Origin: Scyliorhinus canicula
Lineage: Eukaryota
Length of the DNA: 64,000 nucleotides
Direction of reading: 5' to 3'
Assembly: GCF_902713615.1 (NCBI RefSeq)
Contig: NC_052154.1
Coordinates: 80,889,072-80,953,071 of the forward strand
Position numbers and translations under genes: made by a program. Under the pieces are notes generated by a model. It did not search any database. It worked only from the letters and a program-made list of their open reading frames with translations, and was not told the origin of the DNA. This document shows positions 42,259 through 55,929 of the stretch, one piece after another; within the stretch, counting starts at the first letter, position 1; every line of letters starts with the position of its first letter.

Positions 42259-42670
42259 ACAGCCTTCTGTATATGAGAATTGCTCGAATACATATTTGAA
42301 GCAAACACAAACATAATTCGCTGAAACTCCCGCCGAGTTTAGCATGTTATTATGAAAGAATTGTTACACCGTCAGATTATAACGATTCAGAATATCTGAC
42401 AACACCAACGACAATTTTCACTTTCTGTAAAATGACGTGTGAAATTTGATTAATTGTTTCATGTTCTTTGGGTGCCTGTGGAGCTTTTAAGTTAAATACT
42501 GTCAATGTCCATTCGTGAGTCGATTTGCATGACTGCTGATGGCCTCACCGACTTGGATTCCTAATAAAGCCTGGAAAGGATAACACCTCAAACTTACTGC
42601 TGATACTAATGTTACTTTCTCCGCCCATAAATGTGGAATTCACTCTTTAATGTAGAATCCAAGTTTTACT

Positions 42671-42980
42671 GGGCAGCACGGTAGCACAGTGGTTAACACC
42701 GTTGCTTCACAGCGCCAGAGACCCCGCTTCGATTCCCGCTTGGGTCATTGTCTGTGCGGAGTCTGCACTTTCTCCCGTGTCTGCCTGGGTTTCCTCCGGG
42801 TGCTCTGGCTTCCTCTCACTCGTCCTGAAAGTCGTGCTTGTCAGGTGAATTGGACATTCTAAATTTTCCCTCCGTTTACCCGACAGGCGTGTAGTGTGGC
42901 AGCGAAGGGATTTTCACAGTAACTTCATTGCAGTGTTAATAACTGCCTATTTGTCACACTATTAAAGATTATTATTATTT
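42671..42980 (+). mobile_element. V-SINE
   Basis: gggcagcacggtagcacagtgg head, core domain, (att)n tail. Confidence 0.88.
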
Positions 42981-43242
42981 GTTATGGGATCTGAGAAAGT
43001 TCCACACACTTGATCTGCTTGGCAGTTTTTTCAACATATTGTTCTCTGCGAGAAAAACAGCCACCGGGCATTGTTAGTAAAATTAAAGTTTTTGGTTTGT
43101 TTTACCAATGTCCCTAGCCTCTCACTCACAGTTACGCATGTGGTACTATATATGTAGGACAATGTGGTGTTATTACAGCAGTAATTCAAGGTGTGGATTT
43201 GTAATACTGCGCTAATGGGCGTGCACCATGCAATGGAATTTT

Positions 43243-45418
43243 TAAAAATAAATGTTTTTTATTGGGTTTTTGAACAAAGTATATTTATGTACACAGATTA
43301 AGAAATATAGAAGAGAAGGGCACATTTAAACATACCAGAAAAAAGCAATAATAAAAAAAATAAAAAAAAAAATAGAATAACTGGTAGGGTATTGTGCACC
43401 CGCTCAACAAGTGGCAAAATTATTTACAATACATAAGTAGGCGACTGTTTGGGGGGGGGGGGGGGGGGGGGGGGGTGGAGACTGGGGAGTGGTTATACAT
43501 TTGGGTGCCGGAGAAACAATTAAAGTGGGCAATACTCGAATGGGTTTGGTGTTTCTTCTCCCGGACAGATCTCACTGCCATTGTCATCCTGCACTCACCT
43601 CCACTTCAGCCGTTCCTCCTGTCTTTTGCCTGTATTCTCCTTGTTCTCTGTTCCTGTAGATGCCAAGTTTGTTATTGTATCCCGTGCCCTCCTTCCAGCT
43701 ATCATTTCTCTGCCTCCCCCCCCCCCACTCCCTGCTTCTCCACTCTTGTTCCCTGTCCCTTCCCTCCCCCCCCCCCCCCCCCCCGCGCTTCCCCCCCCCC
43801 CCCCCACCCCTCCTGTGGTTCGACTTTCTTTCCACTTAGGTTTAGCTGTGTGTCCCCTCTCCCGGGCTATCTACCCCTCTCATGGTTTGGCTACTTTCCC
43901 CTGATTCTTGGCTACCTGGCTATCCTTCTGCTTGTTCGTTGGCCACAAACAGGTCCCAGAACAATTGAGTGAATGGCTCCCACATTCTGTGGAAGTCGTC
44001 GTCTGACCCTCGGATGGTGAATTTGATTTTCTCCATTTGGATAGATTCCGAGAGGTCGGAGAGCCAGTCTGCAGCTTTGGGTGGGGCTGCTGACCGCCAG
44101 CCAAACAGGATTCTACGGTGGGCGATCAGGGAGGAAAAGGCAAGGGCGTCCGCCCTCCTCCCCAGGAATAGATCTGGCTGGTCTGAAACCCCAAAGACCG
44201 CCACTTTCGGGCATGGCTCCACCCTCATCCCCATCACTTTGGACATTGCCTCAAAGAAGGCTGTCCAGTACCCCACATGTCTGGGGCAAGACCAGAACAT
44301 GTAGGCGTGGTTGGCCGGGCATCCTTGGCACCGTTCACATCTATCCTCCACCTCCAGGAAGAACCTACTCATACGGGGTCTTGTTAACGGGCTGCATGTC
44401 CCACTTTTAGCTGCGTCAGGCTGAGCCTTGTGCACGTGGAGGTGGTGTTGACCCTGCGCCGTGCTTCGCTCCAGAGTCCCCACCTATTTTAATCCCCAGG
44501 TCCTCCTCCCATTTCTTTCTTGTTGCGTCCAGTATGGTGTTGGCCCTTTCTACTAGTCGGTCACACATGTCACTACAGTTTCCTTTACCTAATATGCTTG
44601 CATCCAGTAACTCTTCCAGTAATTTCTGGCATGGCGGTTGTGGATACGTCCTTGTCTACTTTCGTAGGAAGTTTTTGAGTTGTAGATAACTTAGCTCATT
44701 CCCCCTGGCTAGCTGTAATTTCTCTATCAGTTTGTCCAGTGATGCGATCGTGCCATCTGTGTATAGGTCACTGACTGGCAAGTGTCCCTCCATCCTGTCC
44801 CCACCTTTTGAAGGTGGCGTCAGTCATCGCTGGTGTGAACCTATGGTTGTTGCAGATGGGAGCTTTGTCCAACATTTTGGTCAGGGCAAATTGCTGCCGT
44901 AGTTTGTTCCAGAATTGGAGAGTGGCTATCACCACCGGGCTGCTGGAATGTTTTTTGGGTGGGGATGGGAGTGCTGCCGTGGCGAGGGCCCGGAGGGAGG
45001 TCCCCATGCGGGAGGCGTCTTCTGCGCACACCCGCTCGGCTTTTGGCTCCTTGATTCATGACCTTATTCGCTTGGCCGTCGCTGCCCAGTGGTATAATTG
45101 TAGGTTATACAATTGTAGGCTAGCCCTCCCCCGGATTTTGTTTTTGTAGGACCTTCTTTGGGATCCTAGCATTCTTCTCCCACCCCGATACGAACGCCAT
45201 GATTAGTTTGTCTAGTGCTTTGAAAAAGGCCTTGGGGACGTAGATCGGAATGTGGTTCCGATCTACGAAGTAGGAAGAGGGACCTGGGCTGTACATTCAT
45301 CTTGATCATCTGGACTCTCCCCGCGAGGGAGAGTCAGAGTGTGTTCCATCTTTGCAGGTCCTTTTTTACTTCCTCCATCAGACTGCTGAGGTTCCATTTG
45401 TAGATCCCTTTCCAGTAC
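43243..45418 (-). mobile_element. 5'-truncated L1 (ORF2 3' part + 3'UTR + A-rich tail) with a 13-bp TSD
   Basis: GCAATGGAATTTT at 43230-43242 and 45419-45431. The translation matches the L1 ORF2 at 62940-64000. Confidence 0.92.
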
Positions 45419-45443
45419 GCAATGGAATTTTGAGAGTTTTTTT

Positions 45444-45770
45444 GAGAATTTACGGTGCAGAAGGAGGCCATTCGGCCCATCGAGTCTGCACTGGCTCTTG
45501 GAAAGAGCACCCTACCCAAGCCCATACCTCCACCCTATCCCCATAACCCAGTTACCCCACCTAATACTAAGGTCAATTTTTAGCCTGGCCAATCTACCTA
45601 ACCTGCACATCTTTGGACTGTGGGAGGAAACCAGAGCACCTGGAGGAAACACAGGCAGACATAGTGAGAACGGGCAGACTCCGCACAGACAGTGACCCAA
45701 GCTGGGATTCGAACCTGGGACCCTGGAGCTGTGAAGCATTTGTGCTAACCACAATGCTACCTTGCTGCCC
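45444..45770 (-). mobile_element. V-SINE with CR1-type tail
   Basis: Reverse complement of gggcagcaaggtagcattgtgg head, core and tail. Confidence 0.88.
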
Positions 45771-46147
45771 TGGACTCAGTTAAAAATTATATTCCGCATA
45801 TTATAAATAAAAGAGCATTCATTTGAGGGATTGGCAACAATGGTAAGTATCTGTTCAATGTCCTACGGAGCCACAAACTCGGTTTAACGTGATCCTGCTA
45901 ACGTCTATGTGTCTCCAATCCTAGAGCAGTATGGCTAATTATTAATAGGCTTCTGAAGTAGCCGTGCAAACTGTTTCCTTTTCTCGAACTGAGGGAATGA
46001 AAGATGGAAAATAAATACCTGCGCCAGCTTTAACCACATCCAAAGAATGAATAATGCAAAACTCAATGTTTTTTGTTGTTGAATTTTTAGTATTCTCATG
46101 CATTTCCACAAAAGCCGCCTCCTTTGTTGTTTATAGTATCAAATATA

Positions 46148-46320
46148 GGAGCTGTTTAGCACACAGCTAAATCGCTGGCTTTGAAAGCAGACCAAGCAGG
46201 CCAGCAGCACGGTTCGATTCCCGTAACAGCCTCCCTGAACAGGTGCTGGAATGTGGCGACTAGGGGCTTTTCACAGTAACTTCATTTGAAGCCTACTCGT
46301 GACAATAAGCGATTTTCATA
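46148..46320 (+). mobile_element. Short tRNA-derived SINE
   Basis: ggttcgattcc B-box and the shared cttttcacagtaacttcatt tail. Confidence 0.8.
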
Positions 46321-46672
46321 TATTCACGGTATCTGTATAGCTGGATAACCTGACAATAGGAATACATTTTTGTGCCTTTCTGAAGTGACTTTAGCAAGTG
46401 TGACCAAAACTGGTCACAATATCTGTGGTCTACTTCACAATTTGGTTCTCCCCTTGTTGAACCTATACCAAACTGTATTGCCTTTGTATTTTAATACCCT
46501 CTGGCCTTTCTATTTGCTGTGCATTAACTAGGCATGTTTTGCGCCCTGAATCATGTGTCTCTTTGAATTCTATCCTTAGATGTTTTAAACATCATCAATT
46601 AAGTTTGCATTCTTTATGGTTGGAGAACTCTACTGTTCTCTGCGTTGAATTTCCCTGTCTTGTCTTCCAAAG

Positions 46673-46701
46673 CTCACGACTGGAAACTGACTAATTATTA
46701 A
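46673..46701 (+). CDS. Candidate short cytoplasmic/terminal exon of the VJ-C1 gene (AHDWKLTNY*)
   Basis: Strong pyrimidine tract plus ag at 46671-46672, phase compatible, ATTAAA about 135 nt downstream. An alternative at about 47734 would give GNEA*. Confidence 0.3.
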
Positions 46702-46889
46702 GCATTGAAGTGTAACAATACTGAAACGTGAGCTGAATCGTGATGCGATCGTGCCATCCATGTATCGGTTCGGATTATTTACCCAAGAAGAGGATTCCAC
46801 TTTATATATTTTTTGTGGAAATATAAATACTTTATTAAAACCCGTTTCACATTCTCTTTCATGTTTACATTGACTCTTACCAATTTTTA

Positions 46890-47420
46890 GATGCACCATA
46901 GAATGCATCCTATCTGGCTGCATCACAGCCGAGTATGGCAAACGCTTGGTCCAAGACCGGAAGAAACTACAGAGAGTCGTGAACACAGCCGAGCCCATCA
47001 CGAGAAAGTCCCTCCCATCTATTGACTGTGTCTTCATCTCCCGCTGCCTTGGGAAAGCGAGCCGCATAATCAAAGTCCCCTCTCACCCGGGTTATTCCCT
47101 CTTCCAATCTCTTCCATCAGGCAGGAGATACAAAAGTCTGAGAACACGCACTAACAGGTTCAAAAACAGCCTCTTCCCCGTTGTTACCAGACTCCTGAAC
47201 GAACCCTAATATGGACTGAACTGATCCCTTCACACATCTTCTCTCATGAGCAGTACTACACTCCGTATGCTTCACCCTGTGTCTATGTATTTTCTTTGTG
47301 TATTTAAATATGTCCTATGTTTTTTCATGTATGGAACGATCTGTCTAGACTGTATGCAGAACAATACTTTTCACTGTACCTCGGTGCATGGGATGGTAAA
47401 TCAAATCCAATCCAATATAT
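46890..47420 (+). mobile_element. Rex1/Babar-type LINE 3' end
   Basis: DRKKLQRVVNTAE...HPGYSLFQSLPSGRRYKSLRTRTNRFKNSLFP and a (ccaat)n tail. Confidence 0.8.
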
Positions 47421-49518
47421 CCATTCAAAACTTGTTTTGATAATCATTTGATATTTGCTGAGACGTTGGTGCCGGTGGTTAAAGAAAGAGTGCAAATCAC
47501 ATGGGTAGTTTCTTCAACACATGCAAAATAAAGATATGTCCAATCATCGGAAGGATATTCTTGCGATGACATTACACGTCCACGATGCTGAATCTGCCTC
47601 CAGTTTTATCCTATCTGTAGCGTTTTACTATAATTCTATGGAATTAAGTGTCAGTTACAATAGGCGCACGAATTTCAGGACTCAACATTGACCATCAGTA
47701 TGTATATTAACTGTAGTGTATGCATTTTTCTAGGGAATGAAGCGTGACACGTTCCTGAGAACACTGAAAAGATTAACATGTGGAACCCATATGTCGCCTG
47801 TGCTTTTGCGAGATTAACAAGTGTTGCGAAATATGGAGTGGCTGGGCAGGTTTAGAAAACTAGGTAAAGAACATATTCAGTGGCTCATCTCGCTGCAGTA
47901 GTACTCGTTTAAATTTAGCTGTTATTGATTTAAATATCAAAATGTACCTCGTGTTCCGCACCTATATTTATTCGACACACGGTTCACTGTAATTACAGAA
48001 ACAGAGAATCCTCATATTAAACGGACATTTTACATGTTTTCCATTGTGAACTTTTCTTACTCACTGACAACTGGAAACCGCAGCCGGATCGCCTGAAGGC
48101 GCATGAATTGTTCCTAATATTTCACATTCCAATATTATGCCACGTGTGTTCTTAAATACATTTTCGGGTAGTTTGTTAATTTATCTACACACGACTATTA
48201 GCGCATCTCCGCTATACACATGCCACTTTCCTTAATGCAAGTACTGCAATGTTGTAATAATGATCAAATTATGGATAACTAGGATTGTAGATACCTGGGA
48301 ACACCACCACCTGGATGTTCCTCTCTTAGTCATCCACCATCCTGACTTGGAAATATATCGCCGTTCATTCACTGTGGCAGGGCCAAATTCCTGGGAGTCC
48401 CTCCCTAACAGCACTGTGTGTATCTACACCGCAGGAACGGCAGTGATTTAAGAAGGTAGTTCACCACCATCTTCTCAAGGCAATTCCAGATAATAAATCC
48501 GGGACTCGACAGCAACACACGTAAATTATTCTTTTTTAAAACAATCAATTTGTAAATTGTGCAGACGTTTCTCAAATATCAAGACTATATATCCTGAGTT
48601 GTGCAAGTTTTATTCAAACGTCTTTCGATTGCAACAATTTTTATTAGTACCAACTAATCCTGTCCTGGCACAGTATTGTATGGAAGAAATGTGATGGGAT
48701 GTGTTGCTGATCAGTTTCATCCGCAGCATGAACCTGGCACAAGGTGGAAGGTCGTCGTGATGTCACATTAAGGTAACATCCATGAATATATTGGTTGTTC
48801 CGGAATCCCTTTAAGCAACAGCATAGCTTTTTAAGTAGCGAGACAAAACAGCAGCCTGTGTATCGATAATCCCCTGTTTAACACTGAGGAGTCTGGTATC
48901 ATTTAGAACACTGTGCTTTCCCTTTAAGTACTGGCTACATTTTGTTACGATTGCGACAATAGAGGTTAGTATTGTTATTATAATGCTCACAAAGAGGCGC
49001 CCGAATCCCGCCCAACGCTCAGGCATGAGAACAAAGCCGCAGCATCGAGTGCAAATACACACAAACACCAAATGCGATGACATGACGCTGTGAATGCCCA
49101 GTGTAAAGATATTTATCACAGAGCACTAAAACGCGTACACTATGCAAAGGGTAAACATATAAATGAAAATGGATAGTGGTCTTGGAAAACACAAATATAG
49201 CAAAATTAACTATTTAATTCTGTCTTAATTGGTCACGTTGTCCTTTTAATTTCTCACCGATCACTATCAGAAGGCTACTTACTTAATGATTTTGACGTCA
49301 TGGCGAGTTGTGCATTTCACAACAGTTATACGGTTGGGAGCGATGAGGCCGGATTTTGTTTAGCCAGTTGATTATTTTTAGACCTTTACATCAGCACGTT
49401 GGTAAAATGGTTCTCAGATTTACAAATAAATGTTTGTTTCAGGCTTATATCACAAATATTCAAATTAGGCACGCATGATACAAACAAACGCTGGAACTTT
49501 TCTGAACATTTATATTTC

Positions 49519-49828
49519 GGGCGGCAGGGCGGCGTACTGGTTAGCACTGCTGACTCACAGAGCCAGGGACCTGAGTCGATTCCAAACTCGGGCAACTGTC
49601 TGTGGAGTTTTCACATTCTGCCCTTGTCTGCGCGGATTTCCTCCTATTCTTCCAGTTTCCTCCTATAGTTCACTGATATACTAGTTGGGTGGATTAGACG
49701 GGCTAATTTGTCCCTGGGTGGGGCTATGAGGATAAAGTCGGGGATTACGCCTAGGTTAGGGTGCTCTTTCAGAGGGTCAGTGCTGACTCGATGGGCTGAA
49801 TGGCCTCCTTCTGCACGAGAGGGATTCG
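49519..49828 (+). mobile_element. Degraded V-SINE
   Basis: tRNA head, core domain, CR1-type tail gatgggctgaatggcctccttctgca. Confidence 0.75.
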
Positions 49829-50689
49829 CTGATTTCTTACGACCTTTTGATTATTTCACTTTTTGCGATTTAACCTAAATAATAAGAACAGGACTGTAAA
49901 ATTCTAGGCGAGCGATCGCACCAAAGCGATGACTGTTAGAAAACTCAATATTTATTTAACCTACTAGGTACAACTCTTATTCCGAAGGGTCTCCCTGCGA
50001 CACAGTTGGGCCAGGGTATTTATGTCCCATGGAATCCTTGCTTAAGTGTGAAGCTCCACGCCCTCATCTGGGGGTGATCATGGGGATTCTGATGTTGCAT
50101 ACCCCGTGGCCTCCGGCTACAGTTCTTACACCCCTAACCCCCTTCCAAACTCAGAGACCTCGTCCATTTCGACACCTAGAGGGAAAATATCCTTCATCCT
50201 CTTTGCTCGGGCTGGTTTCCAATAACCTGCTGTGCTGGGCCTGGTGGGGTGTAACTGACTGGGTGAACGACATAAGACCATAAGACTATAAGACATAGGA
50301 GCAGAATTAGACCACTCGGTCCGTCGAGTCTGCTGCTCCATTCAATCATGGCTGATATTTTTCTCATCCCCATTCTCCTGCCTTCTCCTCTTGCGACTTT
50401 TCAATGAAGGTTCCCTCCTCCATGACCAAATTGTGTTTGGGATAAAAAAATAAATACTTCATGAATGTTTACATACTCAGCATAATTTATTATTAGACGA
50501 TGCAATAAGTGTATGTTGAGCGAGTGAGCTAGCATAGTGTGCTGACATACAGTCCCAGGAAAAAGGCACGAAAGCAGACAACTTGGCTGACGCCATTAAT
50601 GCTGTGGCACAGTTAAAAAAAGTCACCCTGCAGCTGGTGGCCATTTTGAAAATTACGTAACCAGCGTGGTGACGTATGCACGTTGTGGC

Positions 50690-53130
50690 CACGTGCACTG
50701 AGGAAAAAATGGCGAACTGTGGCAAATTTCATCATTATGCTTCACAGTGTAATTTAAGTACAACAAAGTCTCAAAGTAATACAAAAAGTTTTTTTTAACA
50801 AGGCATGGATTGTTAAAATGGATCAAATGGAGAAACTATTTCTCATTCCGATATTCATGCACAACAATGTGATTTGGAGTACACATTCTTTGTTGACTAA
50901 GTCAACAAGATTGTTATTGTTGACAAGCAACATTTAAATCAGATATCATCAGTTCATTTAAAGACAGATTGGGACATATTAGTAAAGGTAAATGGGTCAA
51001 AACTGTTTTTCAAGTTGCATACTGGAGCTTATGCAAATCTGATCACTGAATCAGACTTCTCGAAAATACTGTGTCCTCCTTCAAGTAAAGCTACTAAATG
51101 TCAATTGAGAGACTACAATGGCAACATCTTTAGCACATCTTTAGCAAAAGATGATTGTGTTGTCTAACAGTAAGCAACAATGAAATCCACCTGTCGGTGC
51201 AATTTGAAACAGTTGATGCCAATGAATTCTCTCTGGTGAATCTTCTGAAACAGATTCACAGCGCCAATCGATATGTTGGTTCTCAGCAAGATGACATAAA
51301 GCACATTCTTGGTAGGTTTCCAAATATATTCACTGGAATCAGTATGGTACCATTTACCTATAAAATACAGATTCAAGAAAATGTTACACCAATTATACAT
51401 CCTCCAAGAAGTGTACCAGCCCCTTTCAAAGAACGTCTCACACAGGAACTGGATCGAATATATAAACTGAACATAATATCCATGATAACTGAACCTATGG
51501 GTTGGGTTAGTTCGATGGTATGTGTACGGAGGCCTAATGGAGATCTTCGAATATGTATGGACCCAAAGTATATTAACAAGAATATCAGAAGATTGCATTA
51601 TCCAATCCTTAACCATGAAGAGATTACAGGAGAGATGACACACGCATTTGTTTTTCTTTGTTAGATGCCTCAAAAAGATTTTGGCAGCTACAACTTGATA
51701 AGTCCAGTACAAAGCTCTGTCCTTTTAACACGCTGTATGGAAGATATTGTTTTAATCGCATGCCTTTTGGAATTATCGCTGCCTCAGAAATGCTCCATAG
51801 AGCAATGGAAACCATAACAGAAGGTATTGATGGTGTACGGGTGTACGTCAATGATATTATTATCTGGTCTGTAACACCAGAAGAGCATATTTCTAAACTA
51901 CTACAAGCGCTATGACGCATTGATTCATGTGGATTGAAGCTCAACAAATCCATGTGTCAATTTGCGATTTCCAAGCTGAAGATTTTGGAAGATCTCATAT
52001 CTGAGAATGGTTACAACTGTACAGTGATAAAGTAAAAGGAAAGCACAAAATGCCTCTTCCGACAAACAAAAAAGCAGCATTGAGAATGCTTGGAGTTGTC
52101 AACTTTCTTGGAAAACGTATATCGAATCTTTCATCAAGCATGACGGCTCTTCGACAATTGATCAAGAAAAAGTTTCTTTTTCTTGGACTTCACAATATGA
52201 AAAGGAATGGTCCAACCTAAAATCCGCACTGACCACAGCTCCAGATCTCACACTTTCTGATCTGACAAAACAGACAAAGATCTCGACGGATGCAAGTCAG
52301 GACTGGCTGTTCTTCAACAGAACATGTCAGATAATCTGTGGGGACTGGTAGCATATACTTCTCGAGTCATGACACCCACAGAACAGCGCTGTACACAGAT
52401 TGAAAAGGAATGCATTGGCCTGGTGACGGGTATGGAAAAAAATCACTATTATGTTTGTGGTCTTCCTACATTTGTGATCGAGACTGATCATAGGCCACTT
52501 GTGCATATAAGTCGCAAGAGTCTAAATGACATGTCACCCAGATTGTAAAGAATGTGGATGAGAATAAGAAGATATGATTTCTGTTAAGTATATACTCCAG
52601 GAAAAGATGTGATCCTTGCAGATACCTTATAACGTGTTACTGAACAGGAAGATGAGATACCACATCTTGCGCAGGTAATCGAACCTCAAGCTGACATGCT
52701 AGCTGCCACACTACCTGTTTCTGATGTCAAATTACGACTCATTAAAGAAGAAACTGTAAAGGATGAAGTTTCGCAGCGAGTGATTCGTCACATGATTTAT
52801 GGTTGGTCAAATGCACTCTCTGTGCTGAATGGAATTTTACTCAAACTAGATAGAATAGTAATTCCTGAAAAGTTGAGAAGACAGATTCTTACCCAGATCC
52901 ATGAAGGACACCAGGGTATTGAGAAACGTAAGTGAGGCACAAGCAAATCCATGAATTGGCCTGGCACAAATTCTGTCAATGAAAATTATGTTTCTGAATG
53001 TGCCATTTGTCAAAGAAACCAGTCTTCTCAACAGAAAGGGAACTTCACAAATCTTGATGACAAACCAATCCTAAACAAGATGAGACAGAAACAGTTAACT
53101 CAAAGCTGGTACTACAACAAGGCTGCCAAA
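50690..53130 (+). pseudogene. Decayed Ty3/gypsy gag-pol remnant (single RNase H; integrase core deleted)
   Basis: CANCGKFHHYASQC knuckle, RT (CVRRPNGDLRICMDP, LDASKRFWQL, RMPFGI, YVND), RNase H (LVAYTSRVMTPTEQR...EKE), HEGHQG...CAIC. Many stops and frameshifts. Confidence 0.85.
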
Positions 53131-53135
53131 TTAGC

Positions 53136-53325
53136 AGGGGTTGTTTTAGCACAGTGGGCTAAACAGCTGGCATGTAATGCAGACTAATGCCAGCAGCGCA
53201 GGTTCAATTGCTGTACTGGCCTCCCAGAACAGGCGATGGAATGTGGCGACTAGGGGCTTTTCACAGTAACTTGATTGAAGCCTACTTGTGACAATAAGCA
53301 ATTATTCTAATAATTATTATTATAA
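53136..53325 (+). mobile_element. Short tRNA-derived SINE
   Basis: Same family as 2147-2312. Confidence 0.8.
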
Positions 53326-53529
53326 ACAGCTGATTCCGCTAGTTCCAGGAGATTGTGTACATATCCAGGATCCAAACAGTGGATGGTCCTGCACTGCTCG
53401 TATTTTAAGTCAGGCAGCTCCACGTTAATATCTTGTAAAAAAATCTGAAGTTTCGATATTCAGGAGAAATTGTCATGCATTGCTGAAGGCGATGTAGCCT
53501 CGAACTCTGATTCAACCTCTGAACGGCAA

Positions 53530-54491
53530 TAGGACATCATGAACTGGAAGGGTGAACAGCCAGAGGTTGTAGTACACATAAGTACTTACGACATAGGCAG
53601 GAAAAGTGATGAGGTCTTGCAGAAGGAGTTCAGGGAGTTAGACAGTAAGCTAAAAAGCAGGACATCTAGGGTTGTAATCTCAGGATGACTCCCTGTGCCA
53701 CATGCCAGTGAGGCTAGAAATAGGAATATAGTGCAACTAAATACATGACTAAATTGGTTGTGTAGGAGGGAGGGATTCAGATTTCTGTAGCACTTGGATC
53801 TCTTCCAGGGCAGGTGGGACCTTTGCAAAAAGGAAGAGTTGCGTCTAAACTAGAGGGGCATCAATATCCCGCATGGAGGTTTGCTGGAGTCACTCGGGTG
53901 GATTTAATCTAGTATCACAGGGGGGTGCGAACCAGAGCACTAGATTAGAAGGTGTAAAACTGAAGGAGAAATAGAGAACAAAAATAGGAAAACAACATAA
54001 CTCTGCTCAAATGCAGTGGTTTGAAATCTATTTGTTTCAACGCCAGACGTATAGCAGGTAAGGTAGATTAACTTAGAGAACTTATTCGTACTTGGAATTA
54101 TGATGTTGTAGCTATCACAGAAATGCAGTTAAAGGAAGGGCAGGATAGGCAGCTGATTGTTGGAAGGTATAGATGCTTCTGGACAGATAGAGGGGGATGT
54201 AAAAGGGGTGAGGGAGTAGGAATACTGGTTAAGGAGAATATTACAGCCGTACTGCGGGAGGTCACCTCGGAGGGCGCATACCATGAGGCAATCTGGGGAG
54301 AGCTTAGGAATAGGAAGGGGGCATTCACAATATTGGGCGTTTATTACATGCCCCCAATTACCAGAGAGAGATAGAGGAGCAGATAGGTAGAGAGATTTTG
54401 GATAGGTGCAAAAGTAACTGCGTTGTTGTCGTAGGGGAATTTAATTTCCCCAATATCGATTTGGACTCACTTAGTGCTCGGGGCTTGGATG
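53530..54491 (+). mobile_element. Degraded CR1 ORF1-esterase/ORF2-endonuclease fragment ending at the solo LTR
   Basis: VVVHIST.DIGRK, SICFNAR, YDVVAITE, VVGEFNFPNID remnants. Confidence 0.75.
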
Positions 54492-55361
54492 TGTAGCCAT
54501 CTGGGATGGCCACTTTCAGCATATAAAATGGACATTGCAGAGCATACAGGAAAAATGGACAATGCAAAGTGACAAGCAGGCACAGAGCCTGAATGTGTAT
54601 TTAGATGATCGACTGCAGACAGAACCGAAACACTTGGCCAATTTGCACATTGATGGCCCATCTCCAATAAACAAAGACTAGTGCTCGGGTAGCCGATACC
54701 ATCCCAGACATTCCGGCGCCACAACCCCAGCAAGAACGTACAAACAAAGCAAGGCCAATGGCCACTTAGGACACGCCCAGCCATCAAGACACCCGCCCAT
54801 TTATTGCCTCAGATCGATGGCAGTGATCGAGAAGATGCCCAATTGATTGGGCCCAAGTTTAAGGCCCGCCTAAAAGCGCGCAAAGCCCGCAAGTATAAGA
54901 AGGAACCCTGCCATGTGTTTGCTCTCTTGGAATCGGCTCTGAACTGGAGAGACCCGTCCACCCGCACCACCAGAAGCCAGTAAGTTCAAGTTCAACGGTC
55001 GCTACCAGACGGACGACCATAGCTATACTCCTGCTATCTCTTCGAACCCAACAGCCTCAGATCCGAACAATGGCTACTATTCCTCTGACCTAAGTGGGTA
55101 CCCAAAGTTAAGTATAGGTGTTAGTGATAGACATAGTTTAGCCTGTAGTGTTATTTTGCATGAGTAAGCCATACTGTGTGTAAATAAAGTACCATTGACT
55201 TTGAACTAACTAACTGGTGTATTGGCTCTTTGATCTATATTCAATTGACCTTGTGGCAGTATCAAGAGATACCTCGCGACTCTGAAAGCATATTCATAAT
55301 TAAGATAAAGAAAGGTAACCTTATTAACCACCATATTTATAGCCACTAAAAGATAGCAACA
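54492..55361 (+). mobile_element. Solo LTR (870 bp) of a family related to the 18453-28260 element
   Basis: tgtagccat...gcaaca termini. Shared blocks aaaatggaca, gtaagttcaa...cgctac, gcatgagta...aataaa, ttgaccttg, gcgactc. No PBS or PPT. Confidence 0.85.
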
Positions 55362-55929
55362 CCCCTTAATTGGATTGATCAGAAATGTCTGAAATCTTGT
55401 TCTCCCATTCTGCTATGAAATGAACTATTGACCAGAAATCTATGCCATCATTACCACCATCTATTTCTAATTTGTAATATTGCCGGTAGATTCAGTGGCT
55501 GCTCCAACTGATGTGCTTCCCAATCCTCATCCACGTCTTTGTTACCTCTGGTAAAGGGCAATTTAATGCTTAGTTTTTGTTTACTTTGCTCACAATCGAA
55601 GTATGCCAACCCAACGAGGTTAATGCTGAATTCTGCGACACAGGCTGATCACATGATTTGGTCTCAGTGTCACACTCAAAGTAAAAAAAAAGGCAAAGGA
55701 CAATGATGTCAGACGCCAAGGTTGAACAATCACTGGTAGGAACTATACACGTCCTTAGCAAATGAAGTTATCAGCTTGGTTCTGTAAAATCAATTACCTG
55801 TTCTGCAAGAACAGCAAGCACTAAAACATTCAGGCTTGTGCATTAAATTAGTGCAGTTTACCTTCTAATGTTTAGGGGGAAGTAGCTTCATTTCACGCTT
55901 GATAACTATATTTGATTTGCTCCGTATAG

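Noticed and set aside
43450-43810. Long G/C homopolymers as functional G-quadruplex elements (also near 3995, 12246, 34375, 62871)
   Set aside because: They lie within LINE sequences, and the lengths differ between duplicate copies and are unreliable in assemblies.
45828-45842. 15-bp phase-1 micro-exon before a perfect GTAAGT donor
   Set aside because: The acceptor lacks a pyrimidine tract, so it cannot be supported without RNA data.
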